Positions 38,421 to 51,765 are shown, numbered from the stretch's first letter. The stretch: DNA of 64,000 bases from Mustelus asterias (GCF_964213995.1 NW_027590160.1:992001-1056000); one strand, 5' to 3'. Numbers and translations: made by a program. Notes: generated by a model not told the origin, from the sequence alone.

Positions 38421-38877
38421 CAGCCGTGGCTCAGTGGGTACCATTCTCACCTTTGAGTCAGAAGGTTGTAGGTTCAAATCCCAGTCCAGGGACCTGAGGC
38501 AAAAATCAAATCCAACATTCCTCATCCAGCACTGAGGGGGTGCTGCACTGTCAGAACAGCCTTCTTTCAAATAAGATGTTAAACTGAGGCCCTGTCTGCC
38601 CCTCTCAGGTGGATGTAAAAGATCCCACAGCCACTATTTGGAAGAAGAGCAGGGGAGTTATCCCCGGTGTCCCGGTCAATATTTATCCCTCAATCAACAT
38701 CACTAAAAACACATCATCTGCTCATTATCACATTGCTGTTTGTGGGATCTTGCTGTGTGTAAATTGGCTGCTGCGTTTCCCACATTACAACAGTGACTAC
38801 ACTTGAAACGTACTTCATTGGTTGTAAAGCACTTTGGGACATCCTGTGGTTGTGAAAGGCGCTATAGAAATGCAAGT
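38421..38877 (+). mobile_element. DeuSINE (SacSINE1/AmnSINE1-like)
   Basis: tRNA A and B boxes; Deu-like core (ggtggatgtaaaagatccca...gctgtttgtgggatcttgctgtg); L2-type tail gtgaaaggcgctatagaaatgcaag; family assignment from recall. Confidence 0.7.
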
Positions 38878-40737
38878 GTTTAAATTGAAGATTTCTGTTC
38901 TCTGATCTTGTTATCTGGAACTGAGTTGATTTCAGCCACCCCCCAACTTACCATTGAATAAATTCACTTTGGTTCAGACAAGACTTTAACCAATTAAGGC
39001 AAAGGCAGAATTCTCTGGATAGTAAATTTAAAAAGAAGTTTACTCAATGAAAAGATTTTGTGAACAACTTTAAGACATTGACTTTTACAACTTCATGCAG
39101 ATGATCAGTCCGTAGAAGCGTAACCCTCTCTGGTTCCTTCTCTGACAGGAATTTCCTTGGAACTCAGCCTCGGGAGTTTTCAGTATTTGGCTCGCAAGGA
39201 AGACCTTCGGAACCTCTACTTTTATCCACAAGGTGACAATTACCTCACGTCAGAGTTGGGCCTGTTGCAACATGACAATTGGTCAATTTGATCACGAGAT
39301 TAATTTAATTGGTATCTAATTACTTGGACCACCCTTGCTCATTATCTTAGACAGGAATACAAGAAAACTGGTTCATACTATCCCCTTATCTGATTCTATA
39401 CAATCCCTTATTCTCACAGTTTCAAATGTTGAGGCTAATCTGATCTTGAAGGTCTCTCTCGCCAGTTCATTTATCTTCATTGCACATTCTTTACATACAC
39501 AGCAATTAAACTTTTAAATTTTTACAGCAAATAAAACTCAATCTTTTACGATAACTACTGATTTGTTATTCATTGATTAACTATAACTCAATTAAGGCTC
39601 ACTACTTACTCATCTGTTCATGACCAGCAGCTAATAAATACAGTAATACAATGTGGTTGACTCTCAACTGCCCTCTGAACAAGGGCATCTAGGGATGGGC
39701 AATACATGTTGGCCAGCCAGCGACGCCCATGTCCCACAACTGAATACGGTTAATACAAGATATACTGGTTCGAAAAGACACTTGCTGCAAGCCAATAGCT
39801 TTCCTTCTTACTTGAACTGAACAATCAACCTTATTCTTGAGCCAGATTTGACAGAATATAATTCCTCTAGCTAATCAAATTAATATAATAAATTATTCAT
39901 TTATACAATTCTTGCTAGCTATGCAGCTTCCACAAGCAATTAGGTGAATACAACATTCATTTTTAAAATAAAGCTCCAGTCACATGTTAGCATATAACAT
40001 GACTTCCTGGACCTTGTTGCTTATAATGTGCAAAGAACCAGCATGGGCACAATGGGTCAAACTGTCTCCTTTTGTGCTCTCAGTCCCTCTTTTGCATTTG
40101 AAGAAAGTGGTAAATATCTGGAACTCACTTCCTACAAGTGGGGGAGAAGCAGAGATGATGGAATGTTTCCAAAAGGAGATTGGACGGGCATTTCAGGGAA
40201 ATAAATCCACAGGCATACGCAGTGAGAACAGGGAAATGGTTTGGTCTGCAGAGAGTCGGCATGGACTCAATGGGATGAATGGCCCCATTCCCAATCCTAA
40301 TGCCTGTCTGATCTAAAGAGAGAAATTTCAGCTGTTCCAGTCCCTCGAACTCACTGAAGTCCCTCATCACTGGAGTCATTCTCGTAAAGCTCCTCTGCAA
40401 CCTGTCTTAAGAATTTCACATCTTTCCTAAAGTATGAGGCCCATATACAGGGTTCCATTCTAGAGAGATAGAATTGAACAGCAGGGAGGTTCTGTTCAAC
40501 TTGTTTGGAGCCAGGGTTAGACTGCACTGGGAGCACTGTCAACATTTGTGATCGTCATTGATGAAATGGAAATAGAGGCACTGGAGAAGGAGCAACAAAA
40601 ATTCACAAGAATAATCCCAGAACTGAGAGCATTTAACCCTCAGGAAAGGCTGGGGCTGCTTTTCTCTAGAAAAGAGAAGACTGAAGGGTGACCTGATACG
40701 TTCATAAAGGGGTTCAATAATCCAATCATGATTTCTA

Positions 40738-41035
40738 GGGCGGCACAGTGGTTAGCACTGTTACCTCACAGCACCAAGGACCTGGGTTCGATTCCCAGCT
40801 TGGGTCACTGTCTGTGCGGAGTTTGCATGTTCTCCCTCTGTCTGCGTGGGTTTCCTCCGGGTGCTCCGGTTTCCTCCACAGTCCAAAAAGACGAACAGGT
40901 TAGGTGCATTGGGGCGTGCTGAATTCTCCCTCAGGTGTACCCGAACAGGCGCCTCAGTGTGGCAATGAGGGGATTTTCACAGTAACTTCACTGCAGTGTT
41001 AATATAAGTCTACTTGTGACTAATAAATAAACTTT
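40738..41035 (+). mobile_element. V-SINE variant with alternative tail
   Basis: Same structure as 32194-32460. Confidence 0.75.
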
Positions 41036-41439
41036 AACGGGAGAAACCTCTTTACCCAGCGAGTGGTGAGAATGTGGAACTCACTACCACAGTGAGTGGT
41101 TGAGGTGAACAGCATGAATACATTGAAGGGGAAGCTAGATACATACATGAGGGAGAGAGGAATAGAAGGATATGCTGATGGGGGGAGATGAAGAGGGGTG
41201 GGTGGAGGCTCATGTGGAGCATAAATACTGACACAGACCAATTGGGCCGACTGGCCCGGCCCTGTGCTGTAGACTCAATGGGACAGAGACAAATGTATTT
41301 ATTGTACATCTATCTGTAGCGGGAGGAAAAACACTATTTACTATCCAGGGTTAAATGAATGTCCTTCATCAGCTTTTGTGGATCATTTCAGCGGAAATAT
41401 CCTGCTGTACTCTCTGATGGTCCTCATCACATTAGAACA

Positions 41440-44230
41440 TAGAATGAATCACCTCACATTTATCCGGGTTAAACTCCATTTGCCATTTTTCAGCCCAGCT
41501 TTGCATCCTATCTATGTCTCCTTGCAGCCTACAACAGCCCTCCACCTCATCCACTGCAAATCCACCAACATTCTGCAAATCCACCAACCTTTGTGTCATC
41601 CGCAAACTTTCTAATCAATCCAGTTCCATTTTCCTCCAAATCATTGATATATATTACAAACAGAAAGGTCCCAGCACTCATCCCTGAGGAACGTCACTTG
41701 TCACAGCCCTCCATTCAGAAATGCACCCTTCCACTGCTACCCTCTGTCTTCTATGATCAAGCCAGTTCTGTATCCACCTTGCCAGTTCACCTCTGATCCC
41801 ATGCAACTTTACCTTCTGCACCAGTCTGCCACGAGGGACCTTGTTAAAGGCCTTACTGGTGTCCATGTAGACAACATCCACTACCCTACCCTCATCAATC
41901 ATCTTCGTCACTTGCTCGAAAAACTCGATCAAATTAGTCAGACATGACCTCCCCTTCACAAAACCATGTTGCCTCTCGCTAATACGTCCACTTATTTCCA
42001 AGTTGGAGAAAATCCTGTCTCGAAGAATCCTCTCCAATAATTGCCCTACCACTGACATAAGGTTCACCGGCCTGTAATTACCTGAATTATTCTTGCTACC
42101 CTTCTTAAACAAAGGAACAACATTGGCTATTCTCTAATCCTCTGGGATTTCCCCTGTAGTCATGATGTGGAGATGCCGGCGTTGGACTGGGGTAAACACA
42201 GTAAGAAGTTTAACAACACCAGGTTAAAGTCCAACAGGTTTATTTGGTAGCAAAAGCCACACCAAACCTGTAGTGGGAGGAAAAACACTATTTACTATCC
42301 AGGGTTAAATGAATGTCCTTCATCAGCTTTTGTGGATAATTTTAACGGAAATATCCTGCTGTACTCTCTGATGGTCCTCATCACATTAGAACATAGAATG
42401 AATCACCTCACATTTATCCGGGTTAAACTCCATTTGCCAAGTAGACTTATATTAACACTGCAGTGAAGTTACTGTGAAAATCCCCTCATTGCCACACTGA
42501 GTGTGGCTTTTGCTACCAAATAAACCTGTTGGACTTTAACCTGGTGTTGTTAAACTTCTTACTGGATTTCCCCTGTAGCCAGTGAGGATACAAAGATTTC
42601 TCTCAAGGCTCCAGCAATTTCCTCCCTTGCCTCTCTCAGTACTTTGGGGTATAAGAACATAAGAACTCGGAGCAGGAATAGGCCATCTGGCCCCTCGAGC
42701 CTGCTCTGCCATTCAATAAGATCGTGGCCGATCTTTTTGTGGACTCAGTTCCACTTACCCGCCCGCTCACCATAACCCTTAATTCCTTTACTGTTCAAAA
42801 ATGTATCTATCCTTGCCTTAAAAACATTCAATGAGGTAGCCTCAACTGCTTCACTGGGCAGGGAATTCTACAGATTCACAACCCTTTGTGTGAAGAAGTT
42901 CCTCCTCAACTCAGTCCTAAATCTGCTCCCCCTTATTTTGAGGCTGTGCCCTCTAGTTCGAGTTTCACCCGCCAGTGGAAACAACTTACCTGCTTCTACC
43001 TTATCTATTCCCTTCATAATCTTATGTTTCTATAAGATCTCCCCTCATTCTTCTGAATTCCAATGAGTATAGCCCCAGTCTACTTCGTCTCTCCTCATAA
43101 GCCAACTCTCTCAACTCCGGAATCAACCTCATGAATCTCCTCTGCACCCCCTGCAGTGCCAGTATATCCTTTCTCAAGTAAGGAGACCAAAACTGTACAC
43201 AGTACTCCAGGTGTGGCCTCACCAGCACCTTATACAGCTGCAACATAATCTCGCTGTTTTTAAACTCCATCCCTCTCGCAATGAAGAACAAACTTCTATT
43301 TGTCTTCTTAATTACCTGCTGCACCTGCAAACCAACTCCTTGAGATTCCTGCATAAGGACACCCAGGTCCCTCTGCACAGCAGCATGCTGCAATTTTTTA
43401 CCATTTAAATAAGAGTCCATTTTGATGTTATTCCTACCAAAATGGATGACCTCACATTTACCAACATTGTACTCCATCTGCCAGACCCTCGCCCACTCAC
43501 TTAGATTATCTATATCCCTTTGCAGACTTTCAGCATCGTCTGTATACTTTGCTCTTCCACCCATCTTAGTGTCATCTGCCAATTTTGACACACTACACTT
43601 GGTCCCCAACTCCAAATCATCTATGTAAATCGTAAACAATTGTGGTCCCAATACCGATACCCCATTAGGCCCTGAGGACTTGTCTACCTTAATGTTTCTC
43701 AAAAACCCCAATATCTCCTCCTATTTGATCTCAATATGACTCAAACTATCTACATATCCTTTCCCAGGTTCATCATCCACCAACTCCTTCTCTTTGGTGA
43801 ATACTGACACAAAGTACTCAATTAATACCTCGCCCATTTCCTCTGGCTCCATACAGAGATTCCCTCCCCTGTCCTTGAGTGGGCCAACCCTGTCCCTGGC
43901 TACCCTCTTGCTCTTTATATATTCCACACTTGCTTCATGTGTTCCCAGCCTTGACAAGTGCTTCCTTTTTCTCTTTGACGAGACTCACAATATCTCTCGT
44001 TATCCAAGGTTCCCTAAACTTGCCATATTTATCCTTCACATGGCTGCAGGGTGACCAGGGGTGGGAATTGAATGTCTCAGGGTATTCAATATTTGGGAAG
44101 GACAGGGATAAAGGAAAAGGTGGTGGAATGGCACTGCTGGTTAAAGAGGAAATTAACACAGTAGTGAGCAAGGATATTAGCTCTGACAACATGGAGCCTG
44201 TATGGGTAGAGTTGGGAAATATCAAGTGGG
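41440..44230 (-). mobile_element. Stack of CR1 fragments, mostly minus strand
   Basis: RT motifs in ORFs 41678-42112, 43022-43711, 43721-43957; 3'UTR near 42655. Confidence 0.85.
42162..42563. mobile_element. Penelope inverted terminal-repeat insertion enclosing copied local DNA
   Basis: Inverted arms 42198-42261 / 42501-42564; TSD ggatttcccctgtag on both sides. Confidence 0.8.
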
Positions 44231-45293
44231 AATTCTCTGAGGTTTCCCCTGGGGTGCTCTGTACTTGTTGAACCTCACGCAACCAATACATAAACTGCGG
44301 AAGACAGTATATAGTTAAGGAATGAAAATGAATTTATTTGCTAATGCATGCATCAGGAGAGAGACACACAGTCAATGAGGGTTCACTGTCCTCTCAGAGC
44401 TAATATTGCAAGGTAAAATTATTATATTATTCTGAACATTTCAATATCCCGCCTAGTCTCGTCATTCAGACTGGAGGGCCCAATCACAACATTCAACATT
44501 ATTACCTGAGCCAATAACATTCTACCGGTCAACAGGAATAAGAGATTATTAGTTTATTGCCCATGGGGTTCCTTCCCCTTTACCTGGGAAACCCAACCCA
44601 CGACATCACCAGTAACCAAGGCCATAACTAATACCTGCAAATTTTAATGATAAAATGGTAAATGCGGGCAATTGGGATTAGCTAAGGGGTTTTAAAAAAA
44701 GGGTAGCATGGACAAGTTGGGCTGATGGGCCTGTTTCCATGCTGTAAACCTCTATGACTCCATAGTCCAGTCCCACAATGCCTCACATTCAAACTACAGT
44801 CCATCAATGATAATGGAATATGTGGCTGTATGTAGCTGCCTCGGCCATGGTCAACCCCAACACTGCCTTCCTGAACTGCTACAATGCCTGAGGTATAGGT
44901 ACACCCACAGTGCTCTTAGGGAGGGATTTCCAGCTACACATTCCAGACTTTCACTAGAATGTAAGTGGGTTCCAGATTGATATATTCCATTCAACCACTC
45001 CCAAAGTGAGTTATTCCAATTCCTTTATTGTCCAGGACAATATATTCACAATTTCTTTAAAACAGAAATTAAACATTCCCATTTGATTTCAGATATTAAC
45101 ATATTCTGTTAGATTGATCTTTATTGTCAATGTCAGGCTGGGGTTGTTCCCCTTGGAGCAAAGAATGTTGAGGGGAGATTTGATAGAGGTGGACAAGATT
45201 CTGACAGGTTTAGATAAGGTGGACAAAGAAAAGCTGTTCCCATTAGCTGATGGGACAAGGATGACAAGCAAATTTAAAGTTTTGGGTGGGATC

Positions 45294-45633
45294 ATAGAAT
45301 CAGATAAACCCTACAGTGCAGAAAGAGGCCATTTGGCCCATCGAGTCTGCACCGACCACAATCCCACCCAGGCCCTACCCCCATATCCCTACATATTTAC
45401 CCGCTAATCCCTCTAACCTATGCATCTCAGGACTCTAAGGGGCAATTTTTAGCATGGCCAATCAACCTAACCCGCACATCTTTGGACTGTGGGAGGAAAC
45501 CAGAGCACCTGGAATAAACCCACGCAGACATGAGGAGAATGTGCAAACTCCACACAGACCCAAGCCGGGAATTGAACCCAGGTCCCTGGAGCTGTGAAGC
45601 AGCAGTGCTAACCACTGTGCTACCGTGCTGCCC
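45294..45633 (-). mobile_element. HE1-type SINE, full length
   Basis: Absent from the paralogous position near 57730. Confidence 0.9.
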
Positions 45634-45982
45634 ACGTGAGGAAGAATATTTTGATGCAGCGAATGGTAATGATCTGGAACTCGCTGCCGACGAGGGTGGA
45701 GGAAGTGGAGACAATAAACAATTACAAAGGAAATTGGATGGGCATTTGGGGGGTTTCAAACAGAAATGCTGACTAAATATCTCTGAACTTCCTAACACCC
45801 TGTCACTCTGTGATCCTTGTGAAATTTAAAACAAGGTATTCGCAACAAGACTCAAAGAGCATCAGCCCACTGGAGGCAAAGTTGTGAGAGCGACCAGTCC
45901 AGCAGAAAGAAACCCTCCGACCCTCCCCATTGACCAATATAATTGAGAGCAGAAACAATAACAGCAGAATCGACCACTGGAA

Positions 45983-46825
45983 TCACTCGTGAACTCGCTG
46001 GTGTCTCAACAGCTCGGATGAATCTCTGAATCTCTTCTCACACACAGAGCAGGTGAACGGTTTCTCTCCAGTGTGAACTCGCTGGTGCCTCCGCAGGTGG
46101 GATGACTGAGTGAATCCCTTCCCACAATGAGAGCAGGTGAATGGTCTCTCCCCAGTGTGAACTCGCTGGTGCCTCCGCAGGTGGGATGAACAAGTGAATC
46201 CCTCCCCACACACGGAGCAGGTGAATGGCCTCTCCCCAGTGTGAATTCGCTGGTGTGTCCACAGGGTGTATAATCGAGTGAATCCCTCCCCACACTGAGA
46301 GCAGGTGAATGGCCTCTCACCAGTGTGGACTCGCTGGTGTGTCCGCAGGCTGGATGAATCACTGAATCCCTCCCCACACTGAGAGCAGGTGAAGGGTCTC
46401 TCCCCAGTGTGAACTCGCTGGTGTCTGCACATGTACGATAACCGAGTGAATCCCTTCCCACACTGAGAGCAGGTGAATGGTCTCTCTCCAGTGTGAACTC
46501 GCTGGTGAGTGCGCAGGGTGGATGACTGAGCGAATCCCTCCCCACACTGAGAGCAGGTGAACGGCCTCTCCCCAGTGTGAACTCGCTGGTGTGTCCGCAG
46601 AGTGTTTAACAGACTGAATTCCTTCTCACACTGAGAGCAGGTGAACGGTCTCTCTCCAGTGTGAACTCGCTGGTGTTTCTGCAAGGTGGCTAACAGAGCG
46701 AATCCCTTCCCACACTGAGAGCAGGTGAACGGCCTCTCCCCAGTGTGACTGCGCCGATGAGCTTCCAGCTCTGATGGGGCTCTGTATCTCTTCCCACAAT
46801 CCGCACATTTCCATGGTTTCTCCAT
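45983..46825 (-). CDS. C2H2 zinc-finger protein, ~280 aa, 10 intact fingers
   Basis: MEKPWKC start as in paralogs; uninterrupted TGERPF-linked array; acceptor ttttacag at ~47171. Confidence 0.9.
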   Translation of the reverse strand: MEKPWKCADCGKRYRAPSELEAHRRSHTGERPFTCSQCGKGFALLATLQKHQRVHTGERPFTCSQCEKEFSLLNTLRTHQRVHTGERPFTCSQCGEGFAQSSTLRTHQRVHTGERPFTCSQCGKGFTRLSYMCRHQRVHTGERPFTCSQCGEGFSDSSSLRTHQRVHTGERPFTCSQCGEGFTRLYTLWTHQRIHTGERPFTCSVCGEGFTCSSHLRRHQRVHTGERPFTCSHCGKGFTQSSHLRRHQRVHTGEKPFTCSVCEKRFRDSSELLRHQRVHE

Positions 46826-48103
46826 GGTACAGGTGTCCTTTCCTCTCTCTTGGGTGGACAATGAGTTGAAGCCTCGTCCACACACAGGACACTGGTACAG
46901 TCTTTCCTCACTGTGAATGGTGTGATATTTATTCAGGCTGTGTAACTAGTTAAAGCTCTTTAGTCAGTGCATTGGAACACTCTCACTCGACAGTGTGTTG
47001 GTGCTTTTCCAGTCACACTGATGTTTGAATTTTTTTTCAAATCAACAGACTGGACAATCATTTCTCCTTCTAAATTCAAAGGCCGATGATATTCAGCTCC
47101 CAAGGAATATGACTGTCAGATCTAGACGTGACATTTGAGATTTCAGCCTGTGGTTCCTCTTTCAATATCCTGTAAAATGAGTTAGAAATAGAAGTAGAAA
47201 TTCAGAACAGACAATTCTAGTTTCTATGGAACATTCTTTCCGTTCTCATTCCCCAAAAGCTGTAAATCTCCATTCCACACACTCTCCCTCCATTCTCACT
47301 CTGCTGTATCTAATATTCACCCTCCCAATTCTCCTGAAGGTGCTGATTGAGGCTGATTGACAGATCCATGCTCACTGCTTCCTGTCCACCACATACAAAT
47401 CATAAGAAACAGGAGCTGCAGTTGGCCATTCAGCCCATCGAACTGCCTCAACCATTCATTGAGAATTGGCTGGTCTACCTCACACTATTTCCATAGCGCC
47501 ACTATTTCCCAAACTATCATGGAAGTTAGTAAGATAGAGGGTTATAGGTAAGCCTCGTAGCTAGGGACATGTTCGGTGTAACTTGTGAGCCGAAGGGCCT
47601 GTTTGTGGTGTAGCTTTTCTATGTTCTATGTTCTGTCCCCCATGTTGCTCAATGCCTCAAAAGTTACCAATCTCTCTCTTGAAAATATTTGATGACTGAG
47701 GCTCCACAGTCCTCTGGAGTGCAGAATTCAAAAACTTCACCACATCCTTGAGTGAGGAAATCCCTCATCATCTTAACTTTCACTCCATTTTCCCACTTGT
47801 TCGCCATAACGCTTGACTCCTTTATCAATGTAATATCCACCTAACTCATCCTCGAATATCTTCAATAACCCTCAGCTTCCACTGATCCCTGTGGAAGAAA
47901 AATCCAAAGACTAATGATTCTAATAAGCAAGAGATGAATAACTGGAAATATATAATATATATACTATTCAGGCTGATTGACAGATCCATGCTCACTGCTT
48001 CCTGTCCTGGATGTGGAGACGCCGGCGTTGGACTCGGGTAAACACAGGAAGAAGTCTCACAACACCAGGTTAAAGTCCAACAGGTTTATTTGGCAGCACA
48101 AGA

Positions 48104-48138
48104 CACGAGCTTTCGGAGCGCTGCCCCTTCATCAGGTG
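48104..48138 (-). ncRNA. Minimal type I hammerhead ribozyme motif
   Basis: cac-CUGAUGA-a-ggggc(agc)gcucc-GAAA-gc-UC-gug. Confidence 0.7.
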
Positions 48139-50677
48139 AGTGGGATTTCAGTTCACAAACAGGACATATAAAGACACAAACTCAATTTACAAAATAATGG
48201 TTGGAATGCGAGTTTTTACAGGTAATCAAGTCTGAAAGGTCCAGACAATGTGAGTGGAGAGACGTTTAAGCACAGGTTAAAGAGATGTGTATTGTCTCCA
48301 GCCAGGACAGTTAGTGAGATTTTGCAAGCCCAGGCAAGTCATGGGGGTTACAAATAGCATGACACGAACCCAAGATCCAAGTTGAGGCCGTCCTCATGTG
48401 TGCGGAACTTGGCTGTCAGTCTCTGCTCAGCGACTCTGCGCTGTCGTGTGTCGTGAAGGCTGCCTTGGAGAACGCTTACCCGAAGATCAGAAGCCGAATG
48501 CCCGTGACCGCTGAAGTGTTCCCAACAGGAAAAGAACACTCTTGTCTGGTGATTGTTGAGCGGTGTTCATTCATCCGCTGTCATAGCGTCTGCATGGTCT
48601 CCCCAATGTACCATGCCTCGGGACATCCTTTCCTGCAGCGTATCAGGTAGACAACGTTGGCCGAGTTGCAAGTGTATGTACCGTGTACCTGGTGGATGGT
48701 GTTCTCACGTGAGATGATAGCATCTGTGTCGATGATCCGGCACGTCTTGCAGAGGTTGCTGTGGCAGGGTTGTGTGGTGTCATGGTCACTGTTCTCCTGA
48801 AGGCTGGGTAGTTTGTTGCAGACAATAGTCTTTTTGAGGTTGTGCGGTTGTTTGAAGCCAAGTAGTGGGGGTGTGGGGATGGCCTTGGCGAGATGTTGGT
48901 CTTCATCAATGACATGTTGAAGGCTCCGGAGAAGATGTCGTAGCTTCTTCGCTCCGGGGAAGTACTGGACAACAAAGGGTACTCTGTCCTCCTGTCCAGT
49001 GTTTGTCTTCTGAGGAGGTCCGTTTTTCGCCGTGGCGCATCGGAACTGTCGATCGATGAGTTGAGCGCCACATCCTGTTCTTATGAGGGCATCTTTCAGC
49101 GTCTGGAGGTGTCTGTTGCGATCCTCCTCATCTGAGCAGATCCTGTGTATACGGAGGGCTTGTCCGTAGGGGATGGCTTCTTTAACGTGTTTAGGGTGGA
49201 AGCTGGAGAAGTGGAGCATCGTGAGATTATCCGTGGGCTTGCGGTACAGTGAGGTGCTGAGGTGACCGTCCTTGATGAAAATGTGTGTGCCCAAGAATGC
49301 AACCGATTCCGGAGAGTAGCCCATGGTGAGTCTGAAGGTGGGATGGAACTTGTTGATGTCATCATATCGTTGTTTCAGTGATTGTTCACCATAAGTCCAA
49401 AGGAAGAAAATGTCATCGATGTATCTAGTGTACAGCTTCGACTGAAGGTCATGTGCAGTGAAGAAGTCTTGTTCGAACCTGTGCATGAAGATGTTGGCAT
49501 ATTGAGGTGTGAATTTGGTCCCCAAGGCTATTCCGTGTGTCTGGATAAAGAACTGGTTGTTGAAGGTGAAGACATTGTGGTCAGGATGAAGTGGATGATT
49601 GTAAAATTGCATCTGGAGATTGGCAGTTGTTGGCGTTGAGTACTGAGGCAGTTGCACCAATGCCATCGTCGTGGGGGATGCTGGTGTAGAGTGCCGAGAC
49701 ATCCATTGTGATGAGGAGTGCTGCTGGTTCAACTGCTCCATGTGTGCTGTTTCTGAAGGAAGTCCGTAGTGTCACGACAGAAGCTGGGGTTCTTTGTACA
49801 ATGGGTTTCAGGATGCCCTCGACGTAGCCGGAGAGTTTCTCGCACAGGGTCCCATTGCCCGATACGATGGGACGGCCAGGTGTGTTTGCCTTGTGTATCT
49901 TCGGGAGGTAGTAGAGATCTCCAACGCGGGGAGTACGTGGGATGAGAGCACGGAGGGTGCTCTGAAGGTCCGGATCAAATGTCTTGATCTGTCTGTTGAG
50001 TTGACGGGTGTGTTCTTTGGTCGGATCTGCAGGTAACTGTCTGTAGTTTTCCTCATTGTTCAGTTGTCAGGACACTTTGCAGTAATTCGTTCTGTTCAGC
50101 ATGATGATTGCCCCTCCTTTGTCTGCTGGTTTGATGACAATGGTGCGCTTGATCTTGAGAGCGCAGATGGTGTTGCGTTGTGCTTGGGTGATGTTCGGGG
50201 CTGTCTTGTGAGTGTGACTGATGAATCTGGCATTGACGCACCTCCTGACGGCTTGGGCATACATGTCAAGTCGAGGGCAGCGGCCTTCCGGAGGAGTCCA
50301 ATTCGACTCTTTCCTCTTCGGTTGCTGTACCGTGGATCTCTCTATCGGCTGTTCCAGTTCATTGACTATCTCATTATGTTCGCTGTTGGCCTCTTGGGGT
50401 TTGTGGAAGAACTCCCGCAGCCTCATTCGCCTGATGAATTCCTCTGTGTCTGCTGCGAGACTGATGGGGTCTATTTTGGTGGTGGGGCAGAAATTGAGAA
50501 CTTCGATTTCATCTGGTTGAAGTGTGTCCGACAAGTTGACAATGGACTTCCCTGCAGTGGTACTGTTTTCTACTGTGGTACCGGGGGAGGCTTGATTGCT
50601 GCTGGTGGTGATGCCGAGTTTCTCAAGTTTCCTGTTCTACCAAATGTGGCATTGTGACGATGGCTTTGTGCTACCAA

Positions 50678-51016
50678 ATCGCTTCTCGGCCTTTTGGCTA
50701 AGATCAAGTGTAGTATGGATCGCCTGCACTTGGTTGGGGTCATTGGGTTACGCTGAGGCTTCATATGTTTCATATGAAGCAATTTTTAAAAGCGGCATCT
50801 CGGCCTTTTGGCTAAGATGCAAATGAGCTCAAGTCTTGGAGGAGGATCCTCCCCCTTCTCCAATCAGCTTGGCTCATGTAGATCGGGCCCAGGACTGGGT
50901 GGTTTTGGTCTCCCGCCCTGTCTTGTCAGCCTGGATCTGAAATGTCTCAACTTGTTGAGACTCTAAATTGGATTTGATTTGATTGAATTGGAAAAGTACA
51001 AAGAAATAAATAAATG
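50678..51016 (+). mobile_element. U2 snRNA-headed SINE-like element (~340 bp)
   Basis: 50678-50716 = U2 nt 1-39; second U2 nt 7-27 copy at 50798-50818; A-rich tail; interrupts Penelope repeat gctacca^aataaacctg. Confidence 0.75.
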
Positions 51017-51299
51017 AATAAACCTGTTGGACTTTAATCTGGTGTTGTGAGACTTCTTCCTGTTGTGGGCACAGAGAGCTGAAAATCTTCAAGCTGACAG
51101 TCACGTTACAGTTTTACATTTGGATATAAATGAGCAGACTGATGGTGTGTGTAATACACTGTATTACCTGGTTACAGATACATAAAGAATGTGAGGAGAA
51201 TCTTTACTTAGGCAGCGAGTGGTGACCCAGAAGTTAAAAATTGAAGCGCAAAATGAGAAAAGAAATGGAAAGGGGGAGAAAAGAAAGTGTTTTACTCAC

Positions 51300-51765
51300 A
51301 GATGTAGGAGACAGGAGGAAGGCTGAGTCTGTCTGAAGCTTAATCTTCATTCAGAGGGAGAGGAGCAGCAGCAACAATGGACGAAGCTCCGCGCGGCCAT
51401 TGACACAAGGCCCGGACTCTGATTGGCTGGAGGACCATCGCCCATCCGGTCCTCCTGGCAACCATTGGTCAATATGCCGCATGTGGACAATGAGGGGGCG
51501 GAACCCGAGCCCGCGTGGGGGTGGGCGGGGCTCTGACCGCCAGCCGCGCTGAGCTGGTGTCCAATCCGCAGTGTGCGGCTTCTGCAACCAGTGATATTGC
51601 TGCCAATGGGACAGTGTGTGCTGGGAACGCCCCTCTGAGTCATTGTGACGGCACAATGGAGCCCTGCCTCAATCACCCAAAAGCAATCACTCTGCTCCGC
51701 GGTGACGTCTCCGGGTTCAGGCGCACGGTCCCGGGAGCCCCGCCCCCACCCATTGTTCCCCAGTC
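51300..51765 (-). promoter_or_regulatory. Promoter and first exon, probably of ZNF 45983-46825; donor GTGAGT at 51299 (empty Tx1 target site)
   Basis: CpG-rich, CCAAT and GC boxes; exon paralogous to 579-629. Confidence 0.65.

Larger units (their letters stand above)
48010..51058 (-). mobile_element. Penelope-like element (RT plus GIY-YIG), disrupted, with inverted terminal-repeat piece at 50660-51058
   Basis: KPADKG, MDVSALYTSIPH, GIALGT, RYIDDIF, NVVYLIRC..YIGET; flanks resemble the unbroken paralog at 59741-59780. Confidence 0.9.

Noticed and set aside
47350-48007. 38-bp direct repeat (47350-47387 / 47970-48007) as LTRs
   Set aside because: It is duplicated host sequence (single copy in the paralog at 59723-59760) around old LINE fragments; too short and lacking LTR features.
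50678-50716. Functional U2 snRNA gene
   Set aside because: Only nt 1-39 are present, the upstream sequence is a Penelope repeat, and the rest of U2 is missing.
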